Shown: positions 9,023 through 17,878, counted from the stretch's first letter. The stretch: DNA of 39,275 nucleotides from a virus (IMGVR_UViG_3300031566_000154:1-39275), one strand, 5' to 3'. Numbers and translations are program-made. Notes: generated from the letters alone by a model not told the origin.

Positions 9023-10870
9023 TCAGCTCACTCTCCCAAGGACTTCGTCGTAGTACCCTTCGCTCTCCCTGTCCCTCTCGCGCTGCCTCCCCTCCTCCAT
9101 GGCCTTCTGGCGGTACCGGCGCAGCCGCTCCATGAGGTCCCCCCTCCCCTCGGCACGATTGAGCGCTTGGACGATCGGGGCCAGAAGCTCGGTCACCTTG
9201 ATTCGGATGCTGCGCGCCGACACATGATCGTCGTGTCCGGCCGTCACAGCCACCTTGCCGTTGGGGTGCACTTCGAGGGCCATGTGCTGTTCGAGGCAGG
9301 GAAGCGACCGGATCTTGCCCACCTTGTCGCGGATGGCCGCCTTGCCCGCGGCGAGCATCTGCGGCTTCGTCGCCAGGTCCGTTTGCCACCCCGCCTGCGG
9401 CTCCCCCGTCGCACTCGCGCGGTAGAAGAGATTCGGGTAGCCCACCTTGACCAGCGTGTTGATCACTGTCACTCCCAGCCCGTGCGCTTCGGGGGCCAGC
9501 TTCGCGTTGTTGTACATGCGCCCGATCTGGTCCAGCAGCACTCCGAATACATCGGGGTCGCACCGAATCCGAAGCTCTGCCGTCTGGTCCCAAGTGTCCA
9601 GCCGCCCCACGTCCGCCACCGACCAGTCGGGGTCCGTGTTGTTGGGGTTCGGACTGATCCCCTCGGCCACGTCGGCGCCCACCACGTACTCGACCCCAGG
9701 CTGCGGAAGCTCGTACACGTGCAGCACGGCCTCGACCGGAGTTACGTCCTCTCGACCCGCTCGAATGCGACTCACCACACCAACCAGCGGATACGGCATC
9801 GGCTGAGGGCCGGCTTCGATCTCCCGCCGCCACCCGACAAGAACGTGCCGGTTGCAGTACGGCCGCCCCGTCGAAATGAACGCCTCCTCCCAAAACGTCG
9901 GGAACTCCTGGTGAAACTTCTCGACGTCCCCCCCGAGGTCGCCCGCGATCTTCCGCCGGCGCCACTTGAGCTGCTCCACGGTTGCCCCGTGCTCCTCGCG
10001 CAGTACCTGCTCCTCCTCGTTCAGACTCTCCAGGAAGTCCTCTGCCTCGCCGTCGTACAGCCGCATTTGGTACGTCGGCTCCTCCAGCCAGGAGATGAAC
10101 AGGTTGACCCACTCCGTCTCCTCGCCCCGGTCCTGCCGCTGCTGCGTCTCGCGCCAGTGCTCGTAGAAGTGCCCCCCGACACCGTTCGCCGTACTCTCCT
10201 GGAAGATGAACGTCCCCGGGGCCAGCGGCACGGCCTGGTAGAGCGAGGTCGTCGTTTGCGAGGCCTTCCCCCAAAACGCCACTTCCGATCCGTGCACGAA
10301 CACCAGAGTCCGGCTCCGGCCCGCCTTCGCGTTCTTCTCGGTCGCCAGGCGCATGTCAGAGCGACGCTCCGAGAACTCCAGGTGGTTCTTCGTGTTGTAC
10401 TTCAACTCGGGCCGCAGGAAGTCCGGCACTTCGTCTACGAACAGCCGACTCATCGAGAGAAGCGTCTGCACGCTCTCCACGTCGTGGGCCACCGTCAAGC
10501 CCGAAACGTGAGTCTGCTTGACGCCGCAGATCCAGAACTGCAACGCCTGGCAGTACGTGCTCATCCCCTCCTGCCGCGCCTTCAGGATGTTGACCCGCAC
10601 CGGCTTCTGCTCGGCGACGAGCTTCTGCACCAGCCGGTGAAGCCGCAATTGGGCAGGCTTGAACCGCAGCCGCATCGGGCCCCGAGGCGTCCGAATCGTC
10701 AGCCACCGCCGAGCCAGCCGGTCGAAGTTCTTCCGGCATTGCTCCACTTCCCAGGCCTGGAAGTCCGGATCCGTCAGCACCCACTCCCGCGTGATCCGGT
10801 CCAGCTCGGGATCCAGCGCCTCCCGCTGCGCCAGATCCTCGAGCGTGAAGCCAGGAGGAAGCTGGATCAT
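9023..10870 (-). CDS. terL: Terminase large subunit
   Basis: Walker A ILKARQEGMST, Walker B VHGSEVAFW, ESTANG coupling motif, RNase H-like nuclease YVVGADVAEG / DWS / APEAHG / HDDHV. Confidence 0.92.
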   Translation of the reverse strand: MIQLPPGFTLEDLAQREALDPELDRITREWVLTDPDFQAWEVEQCRKNFDRLARRWLTIRTPRGPMRLRFKPAQLRLHRLVQKLVAEQKPVRVNILKARQEGMSTYCQALQFWICGVKQTHVSGLTVAHDVESVQTLLSMSRLFVDEVPDFLRPELKYNTKNHLEFSERRSDMRLATEKNAKAGRSRTLVFVHGSEVAFWGKASQTTTSLYQAVPLAPGTFIFQESTANGVGGHFYEHWRETQQRQDRGEETEWVNLFISWLEEPTYQMRLYDGEAEDFLESLNEEEQVLREEHGATVEQLKWRRRKIAGDLGGDVEKFHQEFPTFWEEAFISTGRPYCNRHVLVGWRREIEAGPQPMPYPLVGVVSRIRAGREDVTPVEAVLHVYELPQPGVEYVVGADVAEGISPNPNNTDPDWSVADVGRLDTWDQTAELRIRCDPDVFGVLLDQIGRMYNNAKLAPEAHGLGVTVINTLVKVGYPNLFYRASATGEPQAGWQTDLATKPQMLAAGKAAIRDKVGKIRSLPCLEQHMALEVHPNGKVAVTAGHDDHVSARSIRIKVTELLAPIVQALNRAEGRGDLMERLRRYRQKAMEEGRQRERDRESEGYYDEVLGRVS

Positions 10871-11103
10871 GCCCGACCCCCCCAGCCCCCGTGGAAACTG
10901 TCCACGCACACCGCCCGCCCGAACGGCAGATGCTGATACCGCGCCAGCACGCACCCGACCACCGGAGCAGTCACCCCAGGCATCTCCTCCTCCCTCGACG
11001 GCTCCCACTGGCAGGTGAAATATTCCTCCCCCACGGGGACCTCCACGCCCCTGCCGTTCAACGGTCCCCCCACGCATGTCACAAGCTGCATGACCTGAGC
11101 CAT
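10867..11103 (-). CDS. Small hypothetical protein (CVGGPLNG motif)
   Basis: ATG 11103 directly after the upstream stop; stop overlaps the terL start; GGPLxG is a common small-phage-protein motif. Confidence 0.6.
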   Translation of the reverse strand: MAQVMQLVTCVGGPLNGRGVEVPVGEEYFTCQWEPSREEEMPGVTAPVVGCVLARYQHLPFGRAVCVDSFHGGWGGRA

Positions 11104-11105
11104 TC

Positions 11106-11528
11106 TCACGGCTCTCCTACCAGCCCAGGGGCGCCCGTCTCCCCCTCCTCTGCCTCCATCGCTCCCTCCGAACTCGCCTCCCGCAACTTCTTCCCCAACC
11201 GCCGCAGAAGCTCCCCCTCGCTCTGCTTCGGATCCCCACCCTTCTTCCCACCCCTGCCATCTCCCCTCGTGTCCTTCACCCCCTTCACGCTGCGCAACGC
11301 ACGAACCACGCTGCACAGTTCTGCCAACGTGACCTTGCCCCCCTGCACCCGCCGCACCAGAACCTCCGCCGCACGGTTGTACGCGGCCCGCAACTGCCGC
11401 TCCACCTCCTGCGGCTCCCGGTCCGCATACTCCTTCACCAGCGCTGCCGTCAACGGCCCCGACCGCTCGGACACCTCAGCCGCATTGGACGCTTCACCCT
11501 TGTCCGCTTTCTCGGACTTGCGTGGCAT
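11106..11528 (-). CDS. Putative terminase small subunit
   Basis: First gene of the late operon, 140 aa helical and basic, upstream of terL; positional call only. Confidence 0.5.
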   Translation of the reverse strand: MPRKSEKADKGEASNAAEVSERSGPLTAALVKEYADREPQEVERQLRAAYNRAAEVLVRRVQGGKVTLAELCSVVRALRSVKGVKDTRGDGRGGKKGGDPKQSEGELLRRLGKKLREASSEGAMEAEEGETGAPGLVGEP

Positions 11529-11610
11529 CGCTCACATCCCTTCGCTCCCTTCCTGTCCGACATGCCTGACTCCAGACCAGTTCACGTCCAGAATCACAGA
11601 CAACACCCTC

Positions 11611-11638
11611 TTTATACCACAACTTCCCGACCTGTCAA
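11611..11638 (-). promoter_or_regulatory. sigma70-type leftward (late operon) promoter
   Basis: TTGACA (11638-11633), 16 bp, TATAAA (11616-11611) with extended TGn. Confidence 0.65.
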
Positions 11639-11669
11639 GCACATTTTCCGAAAGCCAGCGTATCACACT

Positions 11670-11830
11670 CACCACCACCCCAACCCCCTCAAAAAAACTT
11701 GCCCCACGCGCAGACGCATCAAGGGGGGGGCATCGAGGCCACCGGTCTCCGGCCCTCCCCCCCCCCCTCACCGCCGCCGCCCACGTCGCCCCCACCCGCC
11801 CCCCACGCGACCGCGACTGCCCGCCCACGC
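11670..11830. other. Homopolymer G/C-run region, candidate pac/cos/genome terminus
   Basis: A7, G8 and C11 runs in non-coding DNA upstream of the terminase genes. Confidence 0.35.
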
Positions 11831-11879
11831 CCGCGCCACCGAGCGCCCACGGCGGCCCGCGGCCAGCTCGACGCCGCCC

Positions 11880-12422
11880 AGGCCCCCGAGACTGGCGGCC
11901 CGCTGTCACCGCTCGCCCTAAGCCAAGGAGCAGCCAGACCAAGACACCAGATAGCCAATCTGGTACACCACGCCCAACACCCCACAACAGCCGGACACGA
12001 GACGCCCCGAGGCCCCGACCGCCCAGGGCCCCCCTCGCCGGCGGCCCCGCTCGACGCCGGACGCCGACCTCCACGCCCCGATTCCCGCACCAATAGGACC
12101 ATCTGATACAGGTCCAAGGCCCGACAACAGCTCGAGGAGGAGCAGCCGGAGGAGGACCCTTGAGACACAGCACAGGCCCTTGCAGCCAGGAGCAGAGGAC
12201 CGCAGACAGCAGAGGCCCCGGCGCCAGGGCCCCCACACAGACAGGGACACACCATGAGAGTACACCCATGAGTCAGGGTACAGAGGCCCGCGCCGCAGTC
12301 GCCCTCCCCGAGAATACGCCACTAAACAACGCGGGCCAGGGACATTTTACTTGACACGTCGTAATAACCGTGGTAGAATACGATCACAGGGGAGAGGCCC
12401 GACACCGCAGCTCAGGAGGCCC
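11880..12422 (+). repeat. Oriented AGGCCC hexamer array
   Basis: Exact copies at 11880, 12010, 12117, 12174, 12213, 12284, 12395, 12417, all on the plus strand. Confidence 0.6.
12351..12379 (+). promoter_or_regulatory. Strong sigma70 promoter of the plus-strand operon
   Basis: TTGACA, 17 bp, TAGAAT with extended TGn and an AT-rich upstream flank. Confidence 0.85.
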
Positions 12423-12427
12423 GACCG

Positions 12428-12622
12428 ATGCTGCAGCACAGGAGCGCCGCCGGCACGCTCGACTTTGCCGGCTCTAGCCCCAAGGACCAGGACCACCCGG
12501 ACCCGCTGATCCTGGCGGTCCGCGCCTTGCTCCGCTCGACGCCGCGCGAGGAGATTGCCGCGGCCCTTGACCGCGCCCACCGTGGCGACTGGCCGAACCA
12601 GCCCAGGAGGCCCGCCAGATGA
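12428..12622 (+). CDS. Small hypothetical protein, first gene of the plus-strand operon
   Basis: CAGGAGGCCCGACCG-ATG RBS; stop overlaps the next start. Confidence 0.7.
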   Translation: MLQHRSAAGTLDFAGSSPKDQDHPDPLILAVRALLRSTPREEIAAALDRAHRGDWPNQPRRPAR

Positions 12623-13698
12623 CCAGCCCCACGACGACCGCCCAGGCCCCGCAAGTGACTCACGCCCAGCTCCGCCCGATGCTGATCGACGCCATTGAAG
12701 CGCAGGAACCCGCTTTGATCGTCGGACGGCCCGGTATCGGCAAGACCGAACTGGCGCTCGACGTCGCCGCGCAGCTCGACGCCGACTTGCTGTTGAGTCA
12801 TCCCGTGGTAGAGGACCCCACCACGCCCGCCGGCTTACCGTTCCGCGCGACCGAGGACCGCGCCGACTTCCTGCCCTTTGGGGTGCTGTACAAGGCCATT
12901 CACGCCGAGCGCTTGACCGTCTGGATGCTGGACGACCTCGGACAGGCCCCGCCGCAGACCCAAGCAGCCTACATGCAACTGCTGCTATCCCGCGCTTGCA
13001 ATGGCCACCGACTGTCACCGCACGTCCGATTCATCGCCTGCACCAACCGCCGCGCCGACCGCGCCGCAGTGCAGACGATTCTCGAGCCTGTCAAGACCAG
13101 GTTCCTTGGCGGAATCTACGAACTGATCGTCAGCGCTGCGGAATGGTCCCAGTGGGCGATCCACCACGACCAGCCCCTTGAGCTTGTCGCATTCGCCAGG
13201 TACCGCCCCAACCTACTCGAGGAATGGACCGCCTCAGCAGACATCGTGACCAGCGCCCAGCCCAGGACGATCGCCGCCGCCGGCCGAGCTTACAAGCGCT
13301 TGACTGCCCGAGGAGCAGACGACGCGCAGATGTTCACCCGACTCGCCGGCATAGCCGGCCAGGCTTTCGCAACCGAGTTCTGCGCCTTCTGCAGGGTCTG
13401 GCGCGACCTGCCCGACCTTGACGCCGCACTCGCACACCCCAACACGGCGCCCATCCCGCCCCGAGACAACATCGCGGCCCGATGGGCTTTCGCGACGGCG
13501 ATCGCGGCCCGCGCCACCAGGACGACCGCCCCGGCGATCGTCACCCTCGCCGACCGCTTGATCCAGGACGACGGCGCAGAACTAGGAGTACTCATGGTCC
13601 AGAGCAGCCTACACCACAGCGGAGGACCGAAGGGAGATTTTGCACAGACCCGCGCCTATATCACCCACTGCACCACCCACCAAGCACTTTACGTGTGA
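12619..13698 (+). CDS. MoxR-like AAA+ ATPase
   Basis: Walker A GRPGIGKT, Walker B WMLDDLGQA, sensor ACTNR, EPVKTRF; adjacent to a vWA gene. Confidence 0.85.
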   Translation: MTSPTTTAQAPQVTHAQLRPMLIDAIEAQEPALIVGRPGIGKTELALDVAAQLDADLLLSHPVVEDPTTPAGLPFRATEDRADFLPFGVLYKAIHAERLTVWMLDDLGQAPPQTQAAYMQLLLSRACNGHRLSPHVRFIACTNRRADRAAVQTILEPVKTRFLGGIYELIVSAAEWSQWAIHHDQPLELVAFARYRPNLLEEWTASADIVTSAQPRTIAAAGRAYKRLTARGADDAQMFTRLAGIAGQAFATEFCAFCRVWRDLPDLDAALAHPNTAPIPPRDNIAARWAFATAIAARATRTTAPAIVTLADRLIQDDGAELGVLMVQSSLHHSGGPKGDFAQTRAYITHCTTHQALYV

Positions 13699-13715
13699 GA
13701 CAGGAGGCCCGACCG

Positions 13716-14579
13716 ATGAGTTCCACGAACGGCTTGACCAGCAAGGCCATGCTGGCGCGACTCACGATTCGGCAATGGACCGCCCGCCGACTGGACAAGA
13801 AGATCACCCAGCACGTCACCGAGGAGTACAGCGCCGACCCCGACGCCGGCCGTTGGAACAAACTCCTCATCCCCAAGGAAGCCTTGCGGCCCCTCGAGAA
13901 GCACAACAACGAGGTCCGCGGCAGATTCTACAGCTTGACTCTCCCATGGCAAGATGAGGGTGCCCGGATCCTGCCCGCCGCGGCTTTCCGTGACCTTGCC
14001 GACTACACCAGCAAGGCGATTGCCGAACACGACCGACTCGCCGACCGATTCACAGCCCAGTACCCCGGACTGCTGGACACCGCCGAACACCGACTCAACG
14101 GCATGTTCAACAAGGCCGACTACCCGCCGCCGGAGGAGGTCCGCGGCCGGTTCTCCATGGGGATTCACTTCGCTCCCCTCCCCACGGGTCAAGACTTCCG
14201 CGTTGACCTTGCCCAAGCAGACGCCGACGCCATCCGGCAGGACATTGAAGCGCAGACCACCGCAGCCGTCGCCGACGCGGTATGTGACCTGTACGCCCGA
14301 CTGCGAGACGCCCTAGCCCACGCGGCCGAGCGCCTAGGGACCGACGGCGCGATCTTCCGGGATTCCCTCATTCAGAACATCCGGGACCTTGCCGCCATCA
14401 TCCCGAAGTTGAACTTGACCAACGACGCGCGCTTGAACCAACTCGCCGCCGATGCGGACCAGCTCATCGGACAGCAGGACCCGCAAGCACTCCGCGCCGG
14501 CCGAGTCTGGCGCAAGACGGCGGCCCAGAACGCCGACCGACTCGCAAAGGTCGCGGCCCAGTACGCCGGCGCGTTCTGA
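13716..14579 (+). CDS. DUF3150-like helical protein
   Basis: MSSTNGLTSKAML..LTIRQWTARRLDK..TLPWQDEGARILP..FNKADYP..IFRDSL pattern, recalled from phage AAA/vWA modules; RBS CAGGAGGCCCGACCG. Confidence 0.6.
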   Translation: MSSTNGLTSKAMLARLTIRQWTARRLDKKITQHVTEEYSADPDAGRWNKLLIPKEALRPLEKHNNEVRGRFYSLTLPWQDEGARILPAAAFRDLADYTSKAIAEHDRLADRFTAQYPGLLDTAEHRLNGMFNKADYPPPEEVRGRFSMGIHFAPLPTGQDFRVDLAQADADAIRQDIEAQTTAAVADAVCDLYARLRDALAHAAERLGTDGAIFRDSLIQNIRDLAAIIPKLNLTNDARLNQLAADADQLIGQQDPQALRAGRVWRKTAAQNADRLAKVAAQYAGAF

Positions 14580-14667
14580 GGCCCGGCCCCCAGCCCCGGC
14601 GCCGGTCAGAGGCCCGGCGCCGCGCTAGCGGCCGCCCCCAGGACGCCCAGCACGAGGAGCAGACCCA

Positions 14668-16095
14668 ATGCCGACGACGAAGGCCCCAGCCCGAGACAGA
14701 TTGATCAAGGCACGAACGCAGATGCTTTGGCAGGCCCCGTTCTTTGCCCACCGCGCCTTGCACCTTGAGCTCGCCGAGGCCCCAGGACTGCCGACCGCGG
14801 CAACCGAGGGTAAGCACCTATGGTACAACCCCACTTGGATTCAGGAGCAGACCGACAGCGCCTTGAAAGGCTTGTGGGTCCACGAGGTTTTGCACATCGT
14901 CAACGAACACCAGCGCCGCCGAGCAGAGCGCAGCCCCGACGACTGGAACAAGGCCGCCGACCTAGCGATCTACCACGACACGATCGACTCAGGGTTTGAG
15001 CTTCCCGACAACGACGCCCCCGCCGATCTACTCGCCGCGGCCCGCGGCAAGAGCGCCGAGCAGCTTTACAGCTTGCTCCGGCAGCAGCCCTCCGACGAGG
15101 AGCAGCAGCCCGACCCCGACGCCGAGCAGACGCCCCAGGACGGCGCCGGCCCCCAGGACGACTCCGAGGAGGGCCAGCCCGACCAGGACGACACCAAGCA
15201 GGACGAGGAGCAGACACCCGACAACGACGGGTCAGGAGAGTCAGACGACCAGGACGGCCCCCAGGACGCCGACGACGAGACGCAAGGCCAGGACGACCAG
15301 GACGGCGCCGACAGCCCCGCAGACGACGCCGCAGACGGCCCCAGCAGCCCCCAGGACACCGACGCCCCCGGCGAGGAGCAGCCCGACCAGCACGGCCCGC
15401 CCGAGGAGGCCCCCGACCCCTACGGCATGGGCGCCGTTCTCGACGCCCCCGACGACAGCCCCGCGGCCCGCGCCGAGGAGCAGCAGCTTATCCTTCAGGC
15501 AGCCCACGCGGCCCGGGGCCAAGGGTTCATGCCCGCCGGCGTCAAACTCTTGATCGAGGAGCTTGAACACCCCCCCCTAGACTGGCGCACCATCCTAGCC
15601 GAATTCGTAGACCGCACCGCCCGCAACGACTGGGACCGCACCCGCCCGAATCCCCGATACGCCCATACGGGTTTCTGCATGCCGTCGCTTCGCTCCGAGC
15701 GCTTGACCATCGCCCTTGCCGTTGACACTTCTGGCAGCTGCATGGACCCGCAGACCCAAGGCCGATTCGCTGAGGAGCTTGACGCGGTTTTGAGCTTCCC
15801 CGACCTTGCCTTGACCGTTCTGTACTGTGATGCCCAGGTCCACAGGATAGACCACCTAGCCCCCGAGGACCGCCCGTGGCGGCCCGATAAGACGCCCGGC
15901 GGAGGAGGTACAGACTTCCGGCCGGTGTTCGCCGCGCTCGACGCCGACCCCGACGGCCCCCCCGCCGCACTGATCTACTTGACCGACCTGTACGGCAGTT
16001 TCCCCGACCAGGCCCCAGACTACCCGACCCTTTGGGTATGCACGACCGACGAAATCGCGCCCTTTGGCGACACCCTCAGAATGCAGGAAGCATAG
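14668..16095 (+). CDS. Putative metallopeptidase plus vWA domain protein (DUF2201-like)
   Basis: HEVLH (HExxH), WNKAADLAI, long D/E/Q-rich linker, MIDAS VDTSGS, GGGGTDF, YLTDLYG. Confidence 0.85.
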   Translation: MPTTKAPARDRLIKARTQMLWQAPFFAHRALHLELAEAPGLPTAATEGKHLWYNPTWIQEQTDSALKGLWVHEVLHIVNEHQRRRAERSPDDWNKAADLAIYHDTIDSGFELPDNDAPADLLAAARGKSAEQLYSLLRQQPSDEEQQPDPDAEQTPQDGAGPQDDSEEGQPDQDDTKQDEEQTPDNDGSGESDDQDGPQDADDETQGQDDQDGADSPADDAADGPSSPQDTDAPGEEQPDQHGPPEEAPDPYGMGAVLDAPDDSPAARAEEQQLILQAAHAARGQGFMPAGVKLLIEELEHPPLDWRTILAEFVDRTARNDWDRTRPNPRYAHTGFCMPSLRSERLTIALAVDTSGSCMDPQTQGRFAEELDAVLSFPDLALTVLYCDAQVHRIDHLAPEDRPWRPDKTPGGGGTDFRPVFAALDADPDGPPAALIYLTDLYGSFPDQAPDYPTLWVCTTDEIAPFGDTLRMQEA

Positions 16096-16230
16096 CAGTG
16101 CACTATGTAGCATCCCGCTACACCCTCCCCCCCGCCCGGTCGCCCCCCGCACCCGTGCGCCCGCATGGCCCGCCGTGGCCGTCGCCCGGCGGATCGCCTG
16201 TCAATTTCCTCTGGCATGGGACTCACAGAA

Positions 16231-16590
16231 ATGGCTCGCACGGTCAGGAAATCCAACGTCCCTCTGCCGCCGCCTCTGCCGCGGTGGGCGCCCAACTACG
16301 CAGGGACACACAAGGGGATGAAGTGGTACCCAAAGCCCGAGTACCAGGTGCCAGGCACGTTCCACGTGCGCGGCCCGTCCCGGAACTGGCCCCACAACTA
16401 CTATCACCACTTCATGACCCGGAAGTACGCCAGGATGCTCTTGACCCACCGGCCGGACTTGTACTGGTTTCTGGTCTGCCGCGGCCCGCAGTGGTTCCGC
16501 ATGCCGGAGTACGCCAAGGTCCGCGCTTACCTTGCCCGAACCGACCCCGAGCGCTTCGCGCGAGAAGTCGCCTACGCCATGACCCACTAG
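16231..16590 (+). CDS. Hypothetical basic, aromatic-rich protein
   Basis: ORF in operon direction; start uncertain (16216 or 16231). Confidence 0.6.
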   Translation: MARTVRKSNVPLPPPLPRWAPNYAGTHKGMKWYPKPEYQVPGTFHVRGPSRNWPHNYYHHFMTRKYARMLLTHRPDLYWFLVCRGPQWFRMPEYAKVRAYLARTDPERFAREVAYAMTH

Positions 16591-16601
16591 GAGCTTGTCA
16601 C

Positions 16602-16805
16602 ATGGCCCGAGACTACCGAGTCCTGATGCGGGAAACCCGCACGGCCCCCGTTGAGTTGTGGGCAGTCCTCGAGGATCACAAGAAAACCCAGGCCGAGCGT
16701 TGCGCCCGGTTCCTGCTGGCCGAACTCCGCGAGGAGAATCGCGGCGCCCAGGTCTACCTCGACACCCGGGCGGTCCGCCTTCACCACCAGCACGTAGGAG
16801 CCTGA
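16602..16805 (+). CDS. Small hypothetical protein
   Basis: TAGGAG RBS overlapping the previous stop. Confidence 0.65.
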   Translation: MARDYRVLMRETRTAPVELWAVLEDHKKTQAERCARFLLAELREENRGAQVYLDTRAVRLHHQHVGA

Positions 16806-16808
16806 CCC

Positions 16809-16913
16809 ATGCACACCGACCCGACCGCGCTTGAAGTCGTGTGCCGCGTCCTGACGTACCTGATCGGCGTCTGCGGCGTGGCGTGGTTCTGCCTATGGAA
16901 AATGCGGGCCTAA
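16809..16913 (+). CDS. 34-aa single-TM peptide (not in ORF track)
   Basis: TAGGAG RBS; MHTDPTALEVVCRVLTYLIGVCGVAWFCLWKMRA. Confidence 0.55.
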   Translation: MHTDPTALEVVCRVLTYLIGVCGVAWFCLWKMRA

Positions 16914-16939
16914 CCCGCCACAGCACAGGAGATTGTGAC

Positions 16940-17137
16940 ATGAAGCGTCTATGGCCCGTCGTGAATGGCCGCCGCGTCCGATGGGAGTATCTCACAGGAC
17001 TCAATCACCCCTCGCTCATGACCGTGGAAGTCTTGCGCCTCTGCGCCAAGTGCGCTCTCAAGGTGGACGACCAGATCGAACGGATCGAGATTGTCGAGGA
17101 CGATACGGGCGAACTGCTTGCCACCGTAACCCGCTAA
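16940..17137 (+). CDS. Small hypothetical protein
   Basis: CAGGAG RBS, ATG 16940. Confidence 0.65.
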   Translation: MKRLWPVVNGRRVRWEYLTGLNHPSLMTVEVLRLCAKCALKVDDQIERIEIVEDDTGELLATVTR

Positions 17138-17157
17138 GGAACAGGAGGCCCGAGACA

Positions 17158-17511
17158 ATGCGACTCACGCCGCTCCAACGGGAGATTGCCGAGGCCGTTG
17201 ACGGGGCGCTCCGGCTGACGGCCAAGCGGCGAGACGGCCCGGCCGTCGTGTACCAGGACGTTGAGACGGGCGAAACCCTCGCGCGTTTCCGACCCGATCT
17301 GCAAACCGCCTACGTCAACGACGACTGGGTATCGGCGCAGCTCCATGCCGTGCCTGACCTGACCGTGTGCTACGCGGCCCCGCCGCCGCCCCCGCCGGCG
17401 AAGAGCCGGCGCAAGGCCAAGCCGCGCCCGAGGCGCCGAGGCCAGGCGCGGATCACAGAGCTGGCGCCCGTGCCGGCCTGGAAGCGGCCCGCGGGAGTCC
17501 TCTTTGCCTGA
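17158..17511 (+). CDS. Hypothetical protein with Pro-rich, basic tail
   Basis: CAGGAGGCCCGA RBS, ATG 17158. Confidence 0.65.
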   Translation: MRLTPLQREIAEAVDGALRLTAKRRDGPAVVYQDVETGETLARFRPDLQTAYVNDDWVSAQLHAVPDLTVCYAAPPPPPPAKSRRKAKPRPRRRGQARITELAPVPAWKRPAGVLFA

Positions 17512-17524
17512 AAGGAAGGCCCCC

Positions 17525-17863
17525 ATGCACTCGCCTCTGTTCCTGTCCAAATGCAGACTGCTGATCCCACTCAACGCCGGCCCGGATGGGATTGTTGCGA
17601 CCATGTGCGGCCCCACAGGATCAACGCTACGGATCATCGCCTCATGGGGCGGAGACTGGGACCACGTTTCGGTTTCCCTAGCCGACCGGTGCCCGACATG
17701 GGACGAAATGGCTTTTGTCAAGGAAGTGTTCTTTAGGCCGGACGAGGCTGTCATGCAGCTTCACCCGCCACGCTCTGTCTACAAGAATCTTCATCCGTTC
17801 TGCCTGCATCTTTGGCGCCCGCAGCACGAACCTATCCCGCTACCGCCACCCCGATTCGTGTAA
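17525..17863 (+). CDS. Conserved phage protein (DUF7694-like)
   Basis: WDHVSVS..RCPTWDEM..VK..F..QLHP..YKNLHPFCLHLWR motif. Confidence 0.7.
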   Translation: MHSPLFLSKCRLLIPLNAGPDGIVATMCGPTGSTLRIIASWGGDWDHVSVSLADRCPTWDEMAFVKEVFFRPDEAVMQLHPPRSVYKNLHPFCLHLWRPQHEPIPLPPPRFV

Positions 17864-17878
17864 AAGGAGACTCACCCC

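Noticed and set aside
2274-10936. Long plus-strand ORFs (701, 476, 524, 779 aa) opposite the structural genes
   Set aside because: Antisense shadows of high-GC3 genes; no motifs or RBS, and the minus-strand frames carry clear phage motifs.
11532-12354. Several 130-400 aa ORFs across the divergent intergenic region
   Set aside because: Low-complexity P/R/G translations caused by strand skew; they overlap promoters and lack RBSs.
11880-12422. Possible CRISPR or mini-array
   Set aside because: The repeated unit is only 6-8 bp with irregular spacing; no 25-40 bp repeats and no cas genes.
15090-15470. Repetitive CAGGAC/GACGAC DNA
   Set aside because: Explained by the D/Q/E/P-rich linker of the vWA protein; no fixed period.
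16198-16203. Minus-strand TTGACA in the 16096-16230 gap
   Set aside because: No -10 hexamer at 16-18 bp spacing.
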